64,000 nucleotides of DNA from Octopus bimaculoides (taxonomy: Eukaryota), in NCBI RefSeq assembly GCF_001194135.2, contig NC_068989.1:78895710-78959709 (forward strand), given 5' to 3'. Positions within the stretch are counted from its first letter, which is position 1, and each line of letters begins with the position of its first letter. Made by a program: the position numbers and the translations under genes. Below, piece by piece: positions 50,471 to 62,683 of the stretch. Under the pieces are notes generated by a model. It had not been told where the DNA came from. It saw nothing but the letters and a program-made list of their open reading frames with translations, and made no database searches.

Positions 50471-50803
50471 GTGTACATATCGATGCATATTGCAAACATT
50501 CTCTAGGAAATGAGATTTTCTTTTCTCACCTCGAGACATGCTCATCTTTTGTTTCGTTCTTTTTTATTCTTTTTTCTTCAACCACCCCAGCCCTACCCCT
50601 TTATTATGCTCCCACAGTCCTTCCTTGTCCACATCTAAGAGATCTTTGCTCTCGGTTTGAGGAGAAAAAGAACAAAACAAAACCCCATAGAAGTGCATTC
50701 ATTTCATCAAAACCTGGCTTAATCGTCAAAATTAATCACAAACTTACATCGTTAAGACGTAAACCTGCATTATCCTGCTCGCATTTACTCTATAATACCT
50801 CTG

Positions 50804-50973
50804 ACACCAACACCAACACCACCACCACCTTCACTACCACAACCAACACCACTACCACTACCACCGCCGCCACCTTCACTACCACAACTAACACCACCAC
50901 CACCAATCGCCATCCATTGTCATTCATATATCATTGTTGCTAGCAGAAAGGTATGTCTGAGTGTGTGTGTGTG
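50804..50973 (+). repeat. 170-bp segment duplicated at 52404-52573
   Basis: Same (ACC/AAC) compound tract plus unique CATCCATTGTCATTCATATATCATTGTTGCTAGCAGAAAGGTATGTCTGAG; three substitutions; offset 1600. Confidence 0.9.
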
Positions 50974-51131
50974 CGTGCATGTGCACGTGTGTGTGTGTGT
51001 GTGTGTATGTACATATGCGTGCGCATGTCTGTGTGTGGAGGGTGAGGAGGGAGACACACACACACACACACACATACACAGAACAAGCTAGTCAATATAA
51101 GCTGAATCATCAAATTATTTCTATTTTGTTA

Positions 51132-51162
<31 letters not shown>

Positions 51163-51169
51163 ATATTAA

Positions 51170-51215
<46 letters not shown>

Positions 51216-51561
51216 GCTACTGCTGCTGCTGCTGCTGCTCACTACTTATTTCTTTATTTATTTGTTGTTTCCTTGTTTTATTTGTTAAATTTTTCTATCT
51301 ATTACAACCAACAAAAAAATTCTAAATCTAACTAGTCACCATTTGCTTCACTCACTCTCTCTTTCTCACTCCCTTTCTCTCTTCTCCCCTCTCTCTCTCC
51401 TTCTCTTTCTCTCCCTTTCTCTCTCTCTTATGATCAAGCAATTTTTCAGCAGCACATATTTAAGAAAAATCTCATTATTATTATTATTATTATTATCATT
51501 ATTATCATTATTATTTTCATTATTATTATTGGGTTTTTTTTTTTGGGGGGGNNNNNNNNNN

Positions 51562-51983
51562 TAAGGCAGCGAGCTGGCAGATTCTACGTTCTGAGTTCAA
51601 ATTCCGCCAAGGTCAACTTTGCCTTTCATCCTTTCGGAATCAATAAATTAAGTACCAGTTGTGTACTGGGGTTGATCTAATCGACTGGACCCCACCGCCC
51701 TCAAAATTTCAGGCCTTGTGCCTATAACAGAAAGGATTATTATAATTATTAATAAGTCGGTAATCTAGCAGAATCGTTAGCACGCTGGACGAAATGCTTA
51801 GCTGTATTTCACCTACCACTACATTCTTTGTTCAAATTCTGCCGAGGTCAACTTTGCCTTTCATCCTTTTGGGGTCGATAAATTAAGTACCAGTGAAACA
51901 CTGGAGTCAATGCAATCGACTAGTCCCCTCCCCCCAAATCACAGGCCTTGTGTCTTTAGTAGTAGAAAAGATTATTATTATTA

Positions 51984-52041
<58 letters not shown>

Positions 52042-52395
52042 TATTATTAATAATAAGGTGGTGAGCTGACAGACTCATTAGCACGCCAGGCCAAATGCTT
52101 AGTGGCATTTTATCTGGCTTTGGGTTCTGAGTTCAAATTCCACCGAGGTCAACTTTGCCTATCATCTTTCCAGTGTCGATAAATGTAATCAACTTCTCCC
52201 CTTCCCCAAAATTTCAGGCCTTGTGCCCATAGCAGAAAGGGTTATTGTTATTGTTGTTCAGGCTGCAAAGCTGGCAAAACTTTAGGGTGCTGGACAAAAC
52301 TGCTTAGCGGCTTTTTGTTCATCTTTCCGTTCTGAGTTCAAATTCCACCAAGGTCAACTTTGCCTTTCACCCTTCTAGGGTCAATAAAAGTAAAT
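51562..52395 (+). mobile_element. Head-to-tail array of four SINE B copies with TTA-rich spacers
   Basis: Copies at about 51562-51750, 51755-51975, 52055-52245 and 52260-52395. Confidence 0.85.
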
Positions 52396-52969
52396 GTCAA
52401 TTTACACCAACACCAACACCACCACCACCTTCACTACCACAACCAACACCACTACCACTACCACCGCCGCCACCTTCACTACCACAACCAACACCACCGC
52501 CACCACTCGCCATCCATTGTCATTCATATATCATTGTTGCTAGCAGAAAGGTATGTCTGAGTGTGTGTGTGTGTGCTGAAATTGGTAATTAATGTTTTTG
52601 CATGATTAATATATATGACAAATGAGATAACATGACAACTGTCTCGTTAGCGATACAAGAGAAAACATGTGGTTCATTTATATCAATAACTGCCGTAAAT
52701 AAACTACATTTATTCAAGTGCAATGAACCATCAAAAAAAAAAAAAACATTAAAGCAAAAAAAAAGGAAGTTAATTCTACAAACCAAACATTAAATTAATG
52801 CTATACAAAGTTCACACCTTGCAGTAACGACTAAACAAACAAAAAGACAATATATGTAATTTGAAATCCGTTGAACTAAAAATGAGAACCACTCTCATCT
52901 TTACAAAGATGTAATTGGCTTGTGAATGTGTGTGTATGTGTGTGTGTTTGTGTGAGTGTTTGTGTGTGT

Positions 52970-53666
52970 GCGTTGCCAGTGCCCCTGGGCTGGCTCTTGT
53001 GCGGGTGACACATGGAATTTCTTTGAGCGAGATCATTGCCGGTGCCCCTGAGCTGGCTCTTGTGTGGGGTTGTTGTAGGATTTTCGAGCGGGATCGTTGC
53101 CGGTGCCCCTGGGCTGGGGCTCTTGTGCGGGTGACACATGAGGTTTCTCGAGCGAGATGAGCTTGGCTGTTGCCAGTACCGCCTGACTGGCCTTCGTGCG
53201 GGTGACACGTAAAAGCACCCACTACACTCTCGGAGTGGTTGGTGTTAGGAAGGGCATGCAGTTGTAGAAACACTGCCAGATCAGATTGGGGCCTGGCGCA
53301 GCCTCCTGGCTTCCCAGACCCCAGTCGAACCGTCCAACCCATGCCAGCATGGAAAACAGATGCTAGACGATGATGATGATGATGATGATGATGGTCCATG
53401 TAAGAAATACCCAGTCCACTCTGTAAAGTGGTTGGTGTTACAAAAGGCATTCAACCATAAAACCATGCCAAAGCAGACCTCATCAGTGCTAGTGCCACAT
53501 AAAAAGCACCCATCCACTCAGTAAAGTGGTTGCTGTTAGAAGGGCATCCAGCCATAATAACAATGCCTAAGTAGATATTGGAGTTTGGTGTAGTCCTCTG
53601 GCTTATCAGCTCCTATCAAACTGTCCGACCCATGCCAACATGTAAGATGGACGTTTAATGATGATG

Positions 53667-53698
<32 letters not shown>

Positions 53699-54236
53699 GA
53701 TGATAATGATATATAAAGTGCGGGTGTATAAATAGCCTGATTTACCTGATACAAACAAATACAAATTTGCAATACCACAAAACCTAAACCAGTTCTGAAA
53801 AAATGCATAAAAATTCAAATATATTAATACACACATGTGGCACTTGCTAGTTGCCCTTCCTAATGCCAACCACTCCGAGAATGTAGTGGGTGCTTTTACG
53901 TGCCACCGGCATGAGGGCCAGTCACACGGTACTGGCAACAGCCACGCTCAAAAAAGTGTTTTTTACGTGCCACCTGCACGGTAGCCTGTCCAGCGGCACT
54001 GGCAACGACCTCGCTTGAATGATTTTCTAACATGCCACCAGCACAAGTGCTAGAAGGCAATGCTGGTAACGATTATNNNNNNNNNNGTGCTAGAAGGCAA
54101 TGCTGGTAACGATTATGCTCAAATGGTGCTATTTACGGGCCACTAGCACGGAAGCCAGACAGCTTCTCTGGCAATTAACATGCTTGACAGTGCTGTTAGT
54201 GCTCCACTGGCGCAGGGACCAGTCATCGAGTATGGT
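52970..54236. mobile_element. Cluster of R-module copies: + variant with 4-5 tandem ~60-bp units (52970-53395), short + copies (about 53400-53710), and a - copy (53845-54236)
   Basis: Repeated CGTTGCCRGTGCCCCTGRGCTGGCTCTTGTGCGGGTGACAC units and shared R tails. Confidence 0.8.
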
Positions 54237-54651
54237 TAGTCATAAATGACAGAAATATTTAGATGAACATTTATTTAACAAAAGAAAAATCCAAATATAT
54301 CATGACAAATTTGTTTCGTAACTCAAAAACATGCAATATATTTATTATTTATTATATTAAATAATAAATAAATTACTTACATGTCTACATTATTGCAAAA
54401 TGCAAAAAAAATCATTCAAATTAATGCAGAAGTTGAGCCACATTGTCAGGTGAAAGAAAGTCTTTGTTAAATAATGTAATATTGTAATGCAATGTAATAC
54501 AATAAACATGTAAGTAATTCATTCATTATTAATTATGATAATATAAGTTATTCACATGCTTTTGAGTTACGAAACAAATTGGTTGTGATATTTGGATTTT
54601 TCTTTTGTTAAATAAAATGTCATCTAAACATTCCACTGCCATTTATGACTA
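54237..54651. mobile_element. MITE with about 100-bp imperfect TIRs and TAG...CTA ends
   Basis: TAGTCATAAATGACAG...TTGTTTCGTAACTCAAAAACATG (54237-54335) mirrors CATGCTTTTGAGTTACGAAACAA...CTGCCATTTATGACTA (about 54553-54651). Confidence 0.8.
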
Positions 54652-55411
54652 TATACACAGTTTATCTTTTTCTCTTGTAAACTATTATATATTCTATATG
54701 GTTTGTAGAATAATACATTAAGGAGATTTTTTTTCTGAGTACTATCAGATTACTTGAATCCATACATTGTGACTTAAATATATATATATATANNNNNNNN
54801 NNNNNNNNNNNNNNNNNNNNNNNNNNNNNNNNNNNNNNNNNNNNNNNNNNNNNNNNNNNNNNNNNNNNNNNNNNNNNNNNNNNNNNNNNNNNNNNNNNNN
54901 NNNNNNNNNNNNNNNNNNNNNNNNNNNNNNNNNNNNNNNNNNNNNNNNNNNNNNNNNNNNNNNNNNNNNNNNNNNNNNNNNNNNNNNNNNNNNNNNNNNN
55001 NNNNNNNNNNNNNNNNNNNNNNNNNNNNNNNNNNNNNNNNNNNNNNNNNNNNNNNNNNNNNNNNNNNNNNNNNNNNNNNNNNNNNNNNNNNNNNNNNNNN
55101 NNNNNNNNNNNNNNNNNNNNNNNNNNNNNNNNNNNNNNNNNNNNNNNNNNNNNNNNNNNNNNNNNNNNNNNNNNNNNNNNNNNNNNNNNNNNNNNNNNNN
55201 NNNNNNNNNNNNNNNNNNNNNNNNNNNNNNNNNNNNNNNNNNNNNNNNNNNNNNNNNNNNNNNNNNNNNNNNNNNNNNNNNNNNNNNNNNNNNNNNNNNN
55301 NNNNNNNNNNNNNNNNNNNNNNNNNNNNNNNNNNNNNNNNNNNNNNNNNNNNNNNNNNNNNNNNNNNNNNNNNNNNNNNNNNNNNNNNNNNNNNNNNNNN
55401 NNNNNNNNNNT

Positions 55412-55815
55412 ATAGGTGCAGGAGTGGCTGTGTGGTAAGTAGCTTGCTTACCAACTACATGGTTCTGGGTTCAGTCCCACTGTGTGGCACCTTGGGCAAG
55501 TGTCTTCTGTTATAGCCTCAGGCCAACCAAAGTCTTGTGAGTGGATTTGGTAGACAGAAACTGAAGGAAGCCTGTCGTGTATGTATATATGTATATATCT
55601 GTGTGTTTGTGTTTGCCCCTCCCCATTGCTTGACAACCAATGTTAGTGTGTTTACATCCCCGTAACTTAGCAGTTCAGCAAAAGTGACTGATAGAATAAG
55701 TACTAGACTTACAAAGAATAAGTCCTGGGGTTGAATTGTTCTACTAAAACCCCTTAAGGTGGTGCTCCAGCATGGGCGCAATCAGATGACTGAGACAAGT
55801 AAAAGAATAAAAGAC
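55412..55815 (+). mobile_element. SINE group A, full length
   Basis: Complete head and tail. Confidence 0.9.
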
Positions 55816-56459
55816 TATGCACACACACATACATGTATGTATGTGTGTGTGTATGTATATGTGTATGTGCCCAGAGGTCTTTGTGAGAATATTCGTCTCA
55901 CACCATTTGACAACCAGTTGTTGTCTAAATTAGCAGTTGATCAAATAGAAAATGATAAAATAAATACAAGCTTTGAAAACAAAAGTTCTAAGGTCAATTA
56001 TAATAACTAAACACTCCAAGACATTGCTGTAGCATGGCCACAGTCAAATGACAGCAACAAGTAAAAGTCTTTAAAGCAATAATAAAAAGCATGATGCAGA
56101 ACAAGTTTCTGGAATAGACAGAATCAATTAAATTCTTAGCAGCAATTCAGAAGTCCTGATATCAGCAGGTTGAGACATTCTGCATGTTTGTTGCTTGAGA
56201 TTAAACTTCAGCAACCGATTAAAGGTTTACAATGGCTGCATGTGATCTCCATTTCAGAATAAGACACAGAATGAAAAAAAAAAAAAAATTAGAAGATGAA
56301 GAAAACAAATAGAAGAAAATTAGTTGGGGCGTAGGGTTCGGGAGAAATTTGGCAGCTAACATTTACCAGGTCAAAAAGAAAAAGAAAAAAAAGCACAGAG
56401 GAACTCCCACCTTAATTTGCGAAACCCAATGGCTATCAGCTGAGACAGATTATATAGGT

Positions 56460-56850
56460 AATGTTGTTGGCACTCCATCGCTTATGACGTCGAGGGTTCC
56501 AGTTGATCTGATCAACGGAACAGCCTGCTCGTGAAATTAATGTGCAAGTGGCTGAGCACTCCACAGACACGTGTACTCTTAACGTAGTTCTCGGGGATAT
56601 TCAGCGTGACACAGAGTGTGACAAGGCTGACCCTTTGAATTACAGGCACAACAGAAACAGGAAAGAAGAGTGAGAGAAAGTTGTGGTGAAATAGTACAGC
56701 ATGGTTCGCCACTATCCCCTGCCGGAGCCTCGTGGAGCTTTTCGGCGTTTTCGCTCAATAAACACTCACAACGCCCGGTGTGGGAATCGAAACCGCGATC
56801 CTATGATCGCAAGTCCGCTGCCCTTATCACTGGGCCATTGCACCTCCACA
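56460..56850 (-). mobile_element. SINE group C1, full length
   Basis: Reverse copy like 40548-40936. Confidence 0.9.
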
Positions 56851-57665
56851 TAAGTAATGAAGAAAAGAGAAAACAAACAGAAATATAATTCAGAAACACA
56901 AAGGAGGGGAAAAATAGATGTTAACAAAAATGTTATTCTCGAATGAAATTCCCAAATGTGTTAAGAAAAATGGCTAAAATGAATGAAGCATCAACACAAA
57001 GAGTTTACAGAAGAACTGTGTAAATACTATCTGCGCCTACTTGCACTCGGTGGAAGCGACTAAAAGATTTTAATGGATGCTTTATCAGAATTGCTTTCAA
57101 ATACGGATTTTCAATAGAATATGGGAAATGTCTCAGAAGTGATTTCAATTTAAAGACAGGCAATGTATAGTTAAGTGACACCATTATATTTGACGTGAGG
57201 TAAGGGGGGGAAAACAACCAAAAAACGAAACGGGGGAGGGTGGAGGAGGAAAAAGTGGCCCTGATTTCTATTCTGTATTGTTTGTTGAAGGTGTGATACT
57301 AATGGATTTAGTGCTTTAGTAGGAAAAGAATCAGTGTTAGTCATTTAGTTGACAAGAGGAATGTATGAATGATGTATGTGAATGCTAGAGAAACGGTTGT
57401 GGATTTAGTTTGTTTCAATAGAATGGGAATCAGGAGGTTTGGATTTACAAACATGATGTGGTATCGCAAATGAATTAACAAATGGTTTCAGATTTAGGTA
57501 CAGTGCCAGCAATTTTGAGGGAGGGGGGAGAGGGGGGAGAGAAAAAGAGAGAGAGATAGAGAAAGGGAGAAAGGGAGAAAGAGGAGAAAGTGAGAATGTG
57601 GAAAAGGAAGAGAAAGTGGGGAAGAGGAGACGAAAGTGAGGAGAAAGTGAGAATGAGGAAGAGGA

Positions 57666-57699
<34 letters not shown>

Positions 57700-58058
57700 N
57701 NNNNNNNNNNNNNNNNNNNNNNNNNNNNNNNNNNNNNNNNNNNNNNNNNNNNNNNNNNNNNNNNNNNNNNNNNNNNNNNNNNNNNNNNNNNNNNNNNNNN
57801 NNNNNNNNNNNNNNNNNNNNNNNNNNNNNNNNNNNNNNNNNNNNNNNNNNNNNNNNGCAAGTCTTTTTCTTTAATGTTAGGACAATTCTGCCAATTTAGT
57901 GCTGTGAACTGGTCGGTACTTTACTTTGTCAGTCTTAGTGAGAAAAAAAAGGCAAAAAAATATGAGACTGTTTGGCACAGCTGTTTCGCCACTTATTCAA
58001 CGCTGACTTATTTGACATCAGTCATTTTAATGTTTCTCTTCTCTCCCTTCTTTCTATT

Positions 58059-58110
<52 letters not shown>

Positions 58111-59149
58111 CATTTTATGTGTGTGAACAGATTTATCTTTATGTGTATGAAGAGAATGGGAACGTTTATGTGAATCATGCTCAATTAATAAATTGCAATG
58201 TCTCTCTCCCCCTCACTCTCTCCCTTCCTCCATCTGCTTCTCTCTCTCGCTTTCTCCCTCCTTCTCCCTCTCTCTCCCTCCCTCTCTTTTCTTCCTTCTC
58301 TCTCCCTCTCTACTCTCTCTCCTTTTCTTTCTGTGTGTGATAATCTAGATGTTTGTACATCTAAAATCTCTCTCTCTCCCTCCCACTCTCTCTTTACACC
58401 TCTCTCTTTTCCCCTCTCTCTTTTCCCCTCTCTCTTTTCCCCTCTCTCTCTTTCTCTCCCTTGCACTCTCCCTATTTGCATGTATATATCTCTGTGCATG
58501 CATACACATGCATGTGCATTTTTGTATTTTCCTCTAGTGCCTTAAAAGTACCGTCACCAAAATTGACAGAATGTCCAGTCAACCAAGCCAATTCATCAAC
58601 ATCCAAACAGCCGTGCCCAAACAGCTGGGACTAAACAGCTGTTCCCAACTGTCTCATTCCAAAGCAAAGCTGACCTTAGCGGGATGTGATCCAAGGACAT
58701 ATAGATAGGTCCAGAACAAACACCACAAAGAATTTTTCCCAACATTCTAATTATTTCGCCATCCACTTCCAACAGCATAACAAACGAACAAAAACAATTA
58801 ATCTAAATTACTGCCTTAAATTTTATGCAAAACAAAAGCAACTTCGGAATAGACAAACCAAACAACAACAATAGCAACATTACACATTTACAGAGACAGA
58901 CTTCAAAGGAACAGAAAACAATGTTTGTTAAATAAATAAAAACAGTTGTTTTAATGTATATTTGGTCAGCTAAGTCCAGAACTAACCGCCATTTCTTTCC
59001 TGGTTTTTCGTAAATCTAAAATGTCAACTTCTGTTGGCATAGTCACTTGGTCGATATACTTAAAAACTTTCCCATGCAATGTGTTTTTTTTTGTCTGAGT
59101 TAGTCATCATTTCAGTTATTGGGCAGTGCAGATATGCTGTGTCGCAGCC

Positions 59150-59485
59150 TTGAAGAGTTTAGTCAAACAAATTGCCCTCAGCGCTTATTTCTTTTTTTAG
59201 TTTTAAGCCTGGCTCTTGTTCGATTGGTTGCTTTGGTCAAACCATTAAGTTACAAGGATGTAAATAAATCAACAGCAGTTCTCAAGCATTCGGGAGGGGT
59301 GAGGGTGGGCAAAATACAATCACAAAGACCTACAAACACAAATGCGTACACACATACGACAGGCTTGCACATGGTTTCTATCTACTAAAATTCATTCACA
59401 AGGTTGACCAGGAACCATAGCAGAAGACACTCGCTCAGGTGTCACGCAGTGGAACTGAACCTGAAACCATGTGGTTAATAATGCT
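59150..59485 (-). mobile_element. SINE group A, old
   Basis: Degenerate reverse A tail and head. Confidence 0.7.
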
Positions 59486-59969
59486 TAATAACCATGTGGT
59501 TTTTAAATGCTTGTTCAGAGGAAGAGAAGGTGCACATACTAGTGGGTAGACTATTAGACTCCTGATCTAAATGTCATGGGTTCCATTCATGGACCAGGCA
59601 GCACAGAGCATTGTGTCCTTGTACAAGGCAGTTAATTTCAAGGTGATATCCTGATAAAAATGACAGGATTGTTCCAAACTGAAATAACTATAAGAGTGGG
59701 GAGAGGGCACTCGGAATGTGGACCAGGTGCTGGAAGGTGGGGCCTGAATAAGTTTGGGAAGCACCAATTTAGATTAATACCACCTACATTTTTTTCTGCA
59801 AAATAGGGGTAGTTTACCCTGTTCAGGCTATATTATTAGCATTATCATGCGATTGAGAATTTAAAATCATTTCTTTAACTTTCTAAGACATCTCAACGGT
59901 TCTAAAAGCAAACTTCATTTGTTTGTTTACGTTTGTCGTAATTTGAATTTACCTATGCTTAGATTTTAG

Positions 59970-60079
59970 GAACTTCACTGTTGGCTTGTGACTGAAGACA
60001 TTAAGCCTTCTCTAAAACCATTACCTGGTTTAACACCTTTACCTTATGCTCGGATGACTACAGTGGAGTCCATTTTGTT
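59970..60079 (+). CDS. Candidate isolated coding exon (110 nt), product unknown
   Basis: T-rich tract plus TTTTAG|G acceptor and TT|GTAAGT donor; the only open frame is ELHCWLVTEDIKPSLKPLPGLTPLPYARMTTVESIL. No homolog recognised. Confidence 0.3.
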
Positions 60080-60333
60080 GTAAGTATTCAAACAAAGTTT
60101 CTGGTATATGCAAACATGATGTTTCTCCTGCACTATTTATCATTGCAGTAACTTAAGTGGTCTTGCTTTTCCTCCCCCTCCTCTTTAATACAACACAAAA
60201 GCTAGCAATAAAGCTAGCATTATTAGTGCAGTGTGTGAACTTCGTAACCATAAAGTTAACTTTAACATTTCTACATGCCATAAATATAAAAATATAATAT
60301 ATACATACATATAATGTGTGCTTGTTTGTGTGT

Positions 60334-60385
<52 letters not shown>

Positions 60386-60931
60386 ATTTCATAAAAGCTC
60401 ACTCCTTCAAATATAAGTTATTAGATATATTTTCTACAATAAAGTACACACATACATATCTACACACACACACACACATGCACACACCTACACACACACA
60501 TGCACACACCTACACACACACACACATACCACACTTACTCAAACACACACACATGCACACACCTACACACACACACACATACCACACTTACTCAAACACA
60601 CACACATACATGTATATATTATCATCATCATCGTCGTCATCATCATTATCATCATCTTACATTATTTTCCATGCATGGGCTTCGATTCGGCATGGTTTGA
60701 ACAGATTGTCACTGTTCAAGTCACCTGTTATTCAGGTTTAGTGCCCACCTCAGTGTGAATTCAAGCAAAGAACTCTTGCTCACATACTTTATTTGAGAAA
60801 GATTTCTACAGATGCATTCTCTACCTATCAGCAACCACTTTACAGTGTATGCTGGCTGGATTTATCATGTGACAATGCTACACAAACACACGCGTGTGCG
60901 TGCGTAGAAGCCCTTGCCATTCACGACTATA

Positions 60932-61658
60932 GGGCTTTCCTATAAGGTGTTATCCACCCCTGATTGGAACTCTCCCGTATGACATGTACGCATGCTCAGT
61001 GACTTGCTTTAACAGTTGCAATCAGCTGAATGCACATTGCCAGTGACATTTGACATAATTACCCACACTCTGTGGTCAGGATTCTTTTTTTGGTTTGATG
61101 TCGGTATCGAAGGGATTACCAGACACCGGACAATACAGTGAGAGCAGCTTTCACTCACATCGTGGTATTCGATGCTGTGTACGTGTCTGTCGTGGTAAAA
61201 TATGCCACTCCTTAACTGTTGCTTTGCTTTCATCCGTAGCATGAGGTAATTATGTCATTATCTGTGAAATTCGGCAACTTACAAAGATCTTTAGATCAGG
61301 CAATACTTCACCAAGAGGAGATATAAGCTTCTGCTTATTCCTGTCTGAAGTATCGTCCGATACTTCAGACTTATCGTCCGATGAATTTACTTCGTTGACA
61401 TTCTTCATCAACAGAATTTTTATTCCTTTCAACCTTTCAGTCAAGTCCGCCTTTCTTCCAGTAACATACTGTCCATATAATCTTAAATATTTCTTTAACT
61501 CAGGCACAGTAAGTACTTCGATAACTGAATCATCAAGCTGCTTTATATCCATGATAAAACGTAAAACAATAACAATGGCGTAGGTAGCCTCCAGAAGTTT
61601 AATTATCTACATGGAGCGCCACCTAGCCAAGGGAGATAACCTACTTATAGGAAAGCCC
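60932..61658 (-). mobile_element. Internally deleted DNA transposon (Kolobok-like) with perfect inverted ends
   Basis: CTATAGGGCTTTCCTATAAG (60927-46) is the exact reverse complement of 61644-63; TATA on both sides of GGG...CCC termini; encloses a SAP+SWIM gene fragment. Confidence 0.8.
61009..61552 (-). pseudogene. Frameshifted, 3'-truncated gene: SAP domain plus N-terminal part of a SWIM zinc finger
   Basis: LTVPELKKYLRLYGQYVTGRKADLTERL fits the SAP consensus; then LPNFTDNDI-NYL in a shifted frame; then HRVWVIMSNVTGNVHSADCNC*, stopping after the SWIM CxC. Confidence 0.8.
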
Positions 61659-61837
61659 TATAGCAACCTCAACACTACTTCCAGTCATTCACCGTGCTGT
61701 AATACATTTCTATTGCTCCAATTTTCCTTTTCCTTCCTATTCTCTCTATATCTATTCAAGCTTTCCAAAGAAGAGTGAATACGCTAAATGTTAAAGACAT
61801 TTCTTCTTTTCTCATCCCATTTCCTGAGTATCAACTA

Positions 61838-62073
61838 CAGTAATACCTTGCCTTATCGTGGTTCATTTATCACGGTTCACTTATAATATTATTATTTAAG
61901 CTTACGTCGATTCCTCCATAGTGTTGCTTTGCATTTATAATAAAATAAATATATACAAATTATAAAAATAATAATAAAAAAATATACAGAACAGTTTTGT
62001 TTCTATGTCGTGAATTTTCACCTATCACGAGGGGTTTTGGAATGTAACACATGCAATAGTCGAGGGTTTACTG
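61838..62073. mobile_element. pogo/Tigger-like MITE
   Basis: TA-CAGTAATACCTTG...CGAGGGTTTACTG-TA. Confidence 0.7.
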
Positions 62074-62683
62074 TAATACCAATTTCGTGATTAGTTTAAT
62101 ACAACAGTTGCAGCTTTGTACCNNNNNNNNNNNNNNNNNNNNNNNNNNNNNNNNNNNNNNNNNNNNNNNNNNNNNNNNNNNNNNNNNNNNNNNNNNNNNN
62201 NNNNNNNNNNNNNNNNNNNNNNNNNNNNNNNNNNNNNNNNNNNNNNNNNNNNNNNNNNNNNNNNNNNNNNNNNNNNNNNNNNNNNNNNNNNNNNNNNNNN
62301 NNNNNNNNNNNNNNNNNNNNNNNNNNNNNNNNNNNNNNNNNNNNNNNNNNNNNNNNNNNNNNNNNNNNNNNNNNNNNNNNNNNNNNNNNNNNNNNNNNNN
62401 NNNNNNNNNNNNNNNNNNNNNNNNNNNNNNNNNNNNNNNNNNNNNNNNNNNNNNNNNNNNNNNNNNNNNNNNNNNNNNNNNNNNNNNNNNNNNNNNNNNN
62501 NNNNNNNNNNNNNNNNNNNNNNNNNNNNNNNNNNNNNNNNNNNNNNNNNNNNNNNNNNNNNNNNNNNNNNNNNNNNNNNNNNNNNNNNNNNNNNNNNNNN
62601 NNNNNNNNNNNNNNNNNNNNNNNNNNNNNNNNNNNNNNNNNNNNNNNNNNNNNNNNNNNNNNNNNNNNNNNNNTATATATATC

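Noticed and set aside
50013-50943. Long ORFs (poly-D, poly-M, poly-H, 293 aa)
   Set aside because: Translations of compound trinucleotide microsatellites that are open in several frames on both strands; no domain content.
54047-54116. 30-bp direct repeat GTGCTAGAAGGCAATGCTGGTAACGATTAT
   Set aside because: Identical copies on both sides of a 10-N gap: contig-overlap artefact.
58590-58780. Three AAACAGC motifs and a 60-aa minus-strand ORF (MLLEVDGEIIRMLGK...)
   Set aside because: Too short and degenerate; neither a repeat family nor a coding identity can be supported.
60470-60610. ~54-bp tandem duplication within a CA-rich tract
   Set aside because: Ordinary slippage within a microsatellite.
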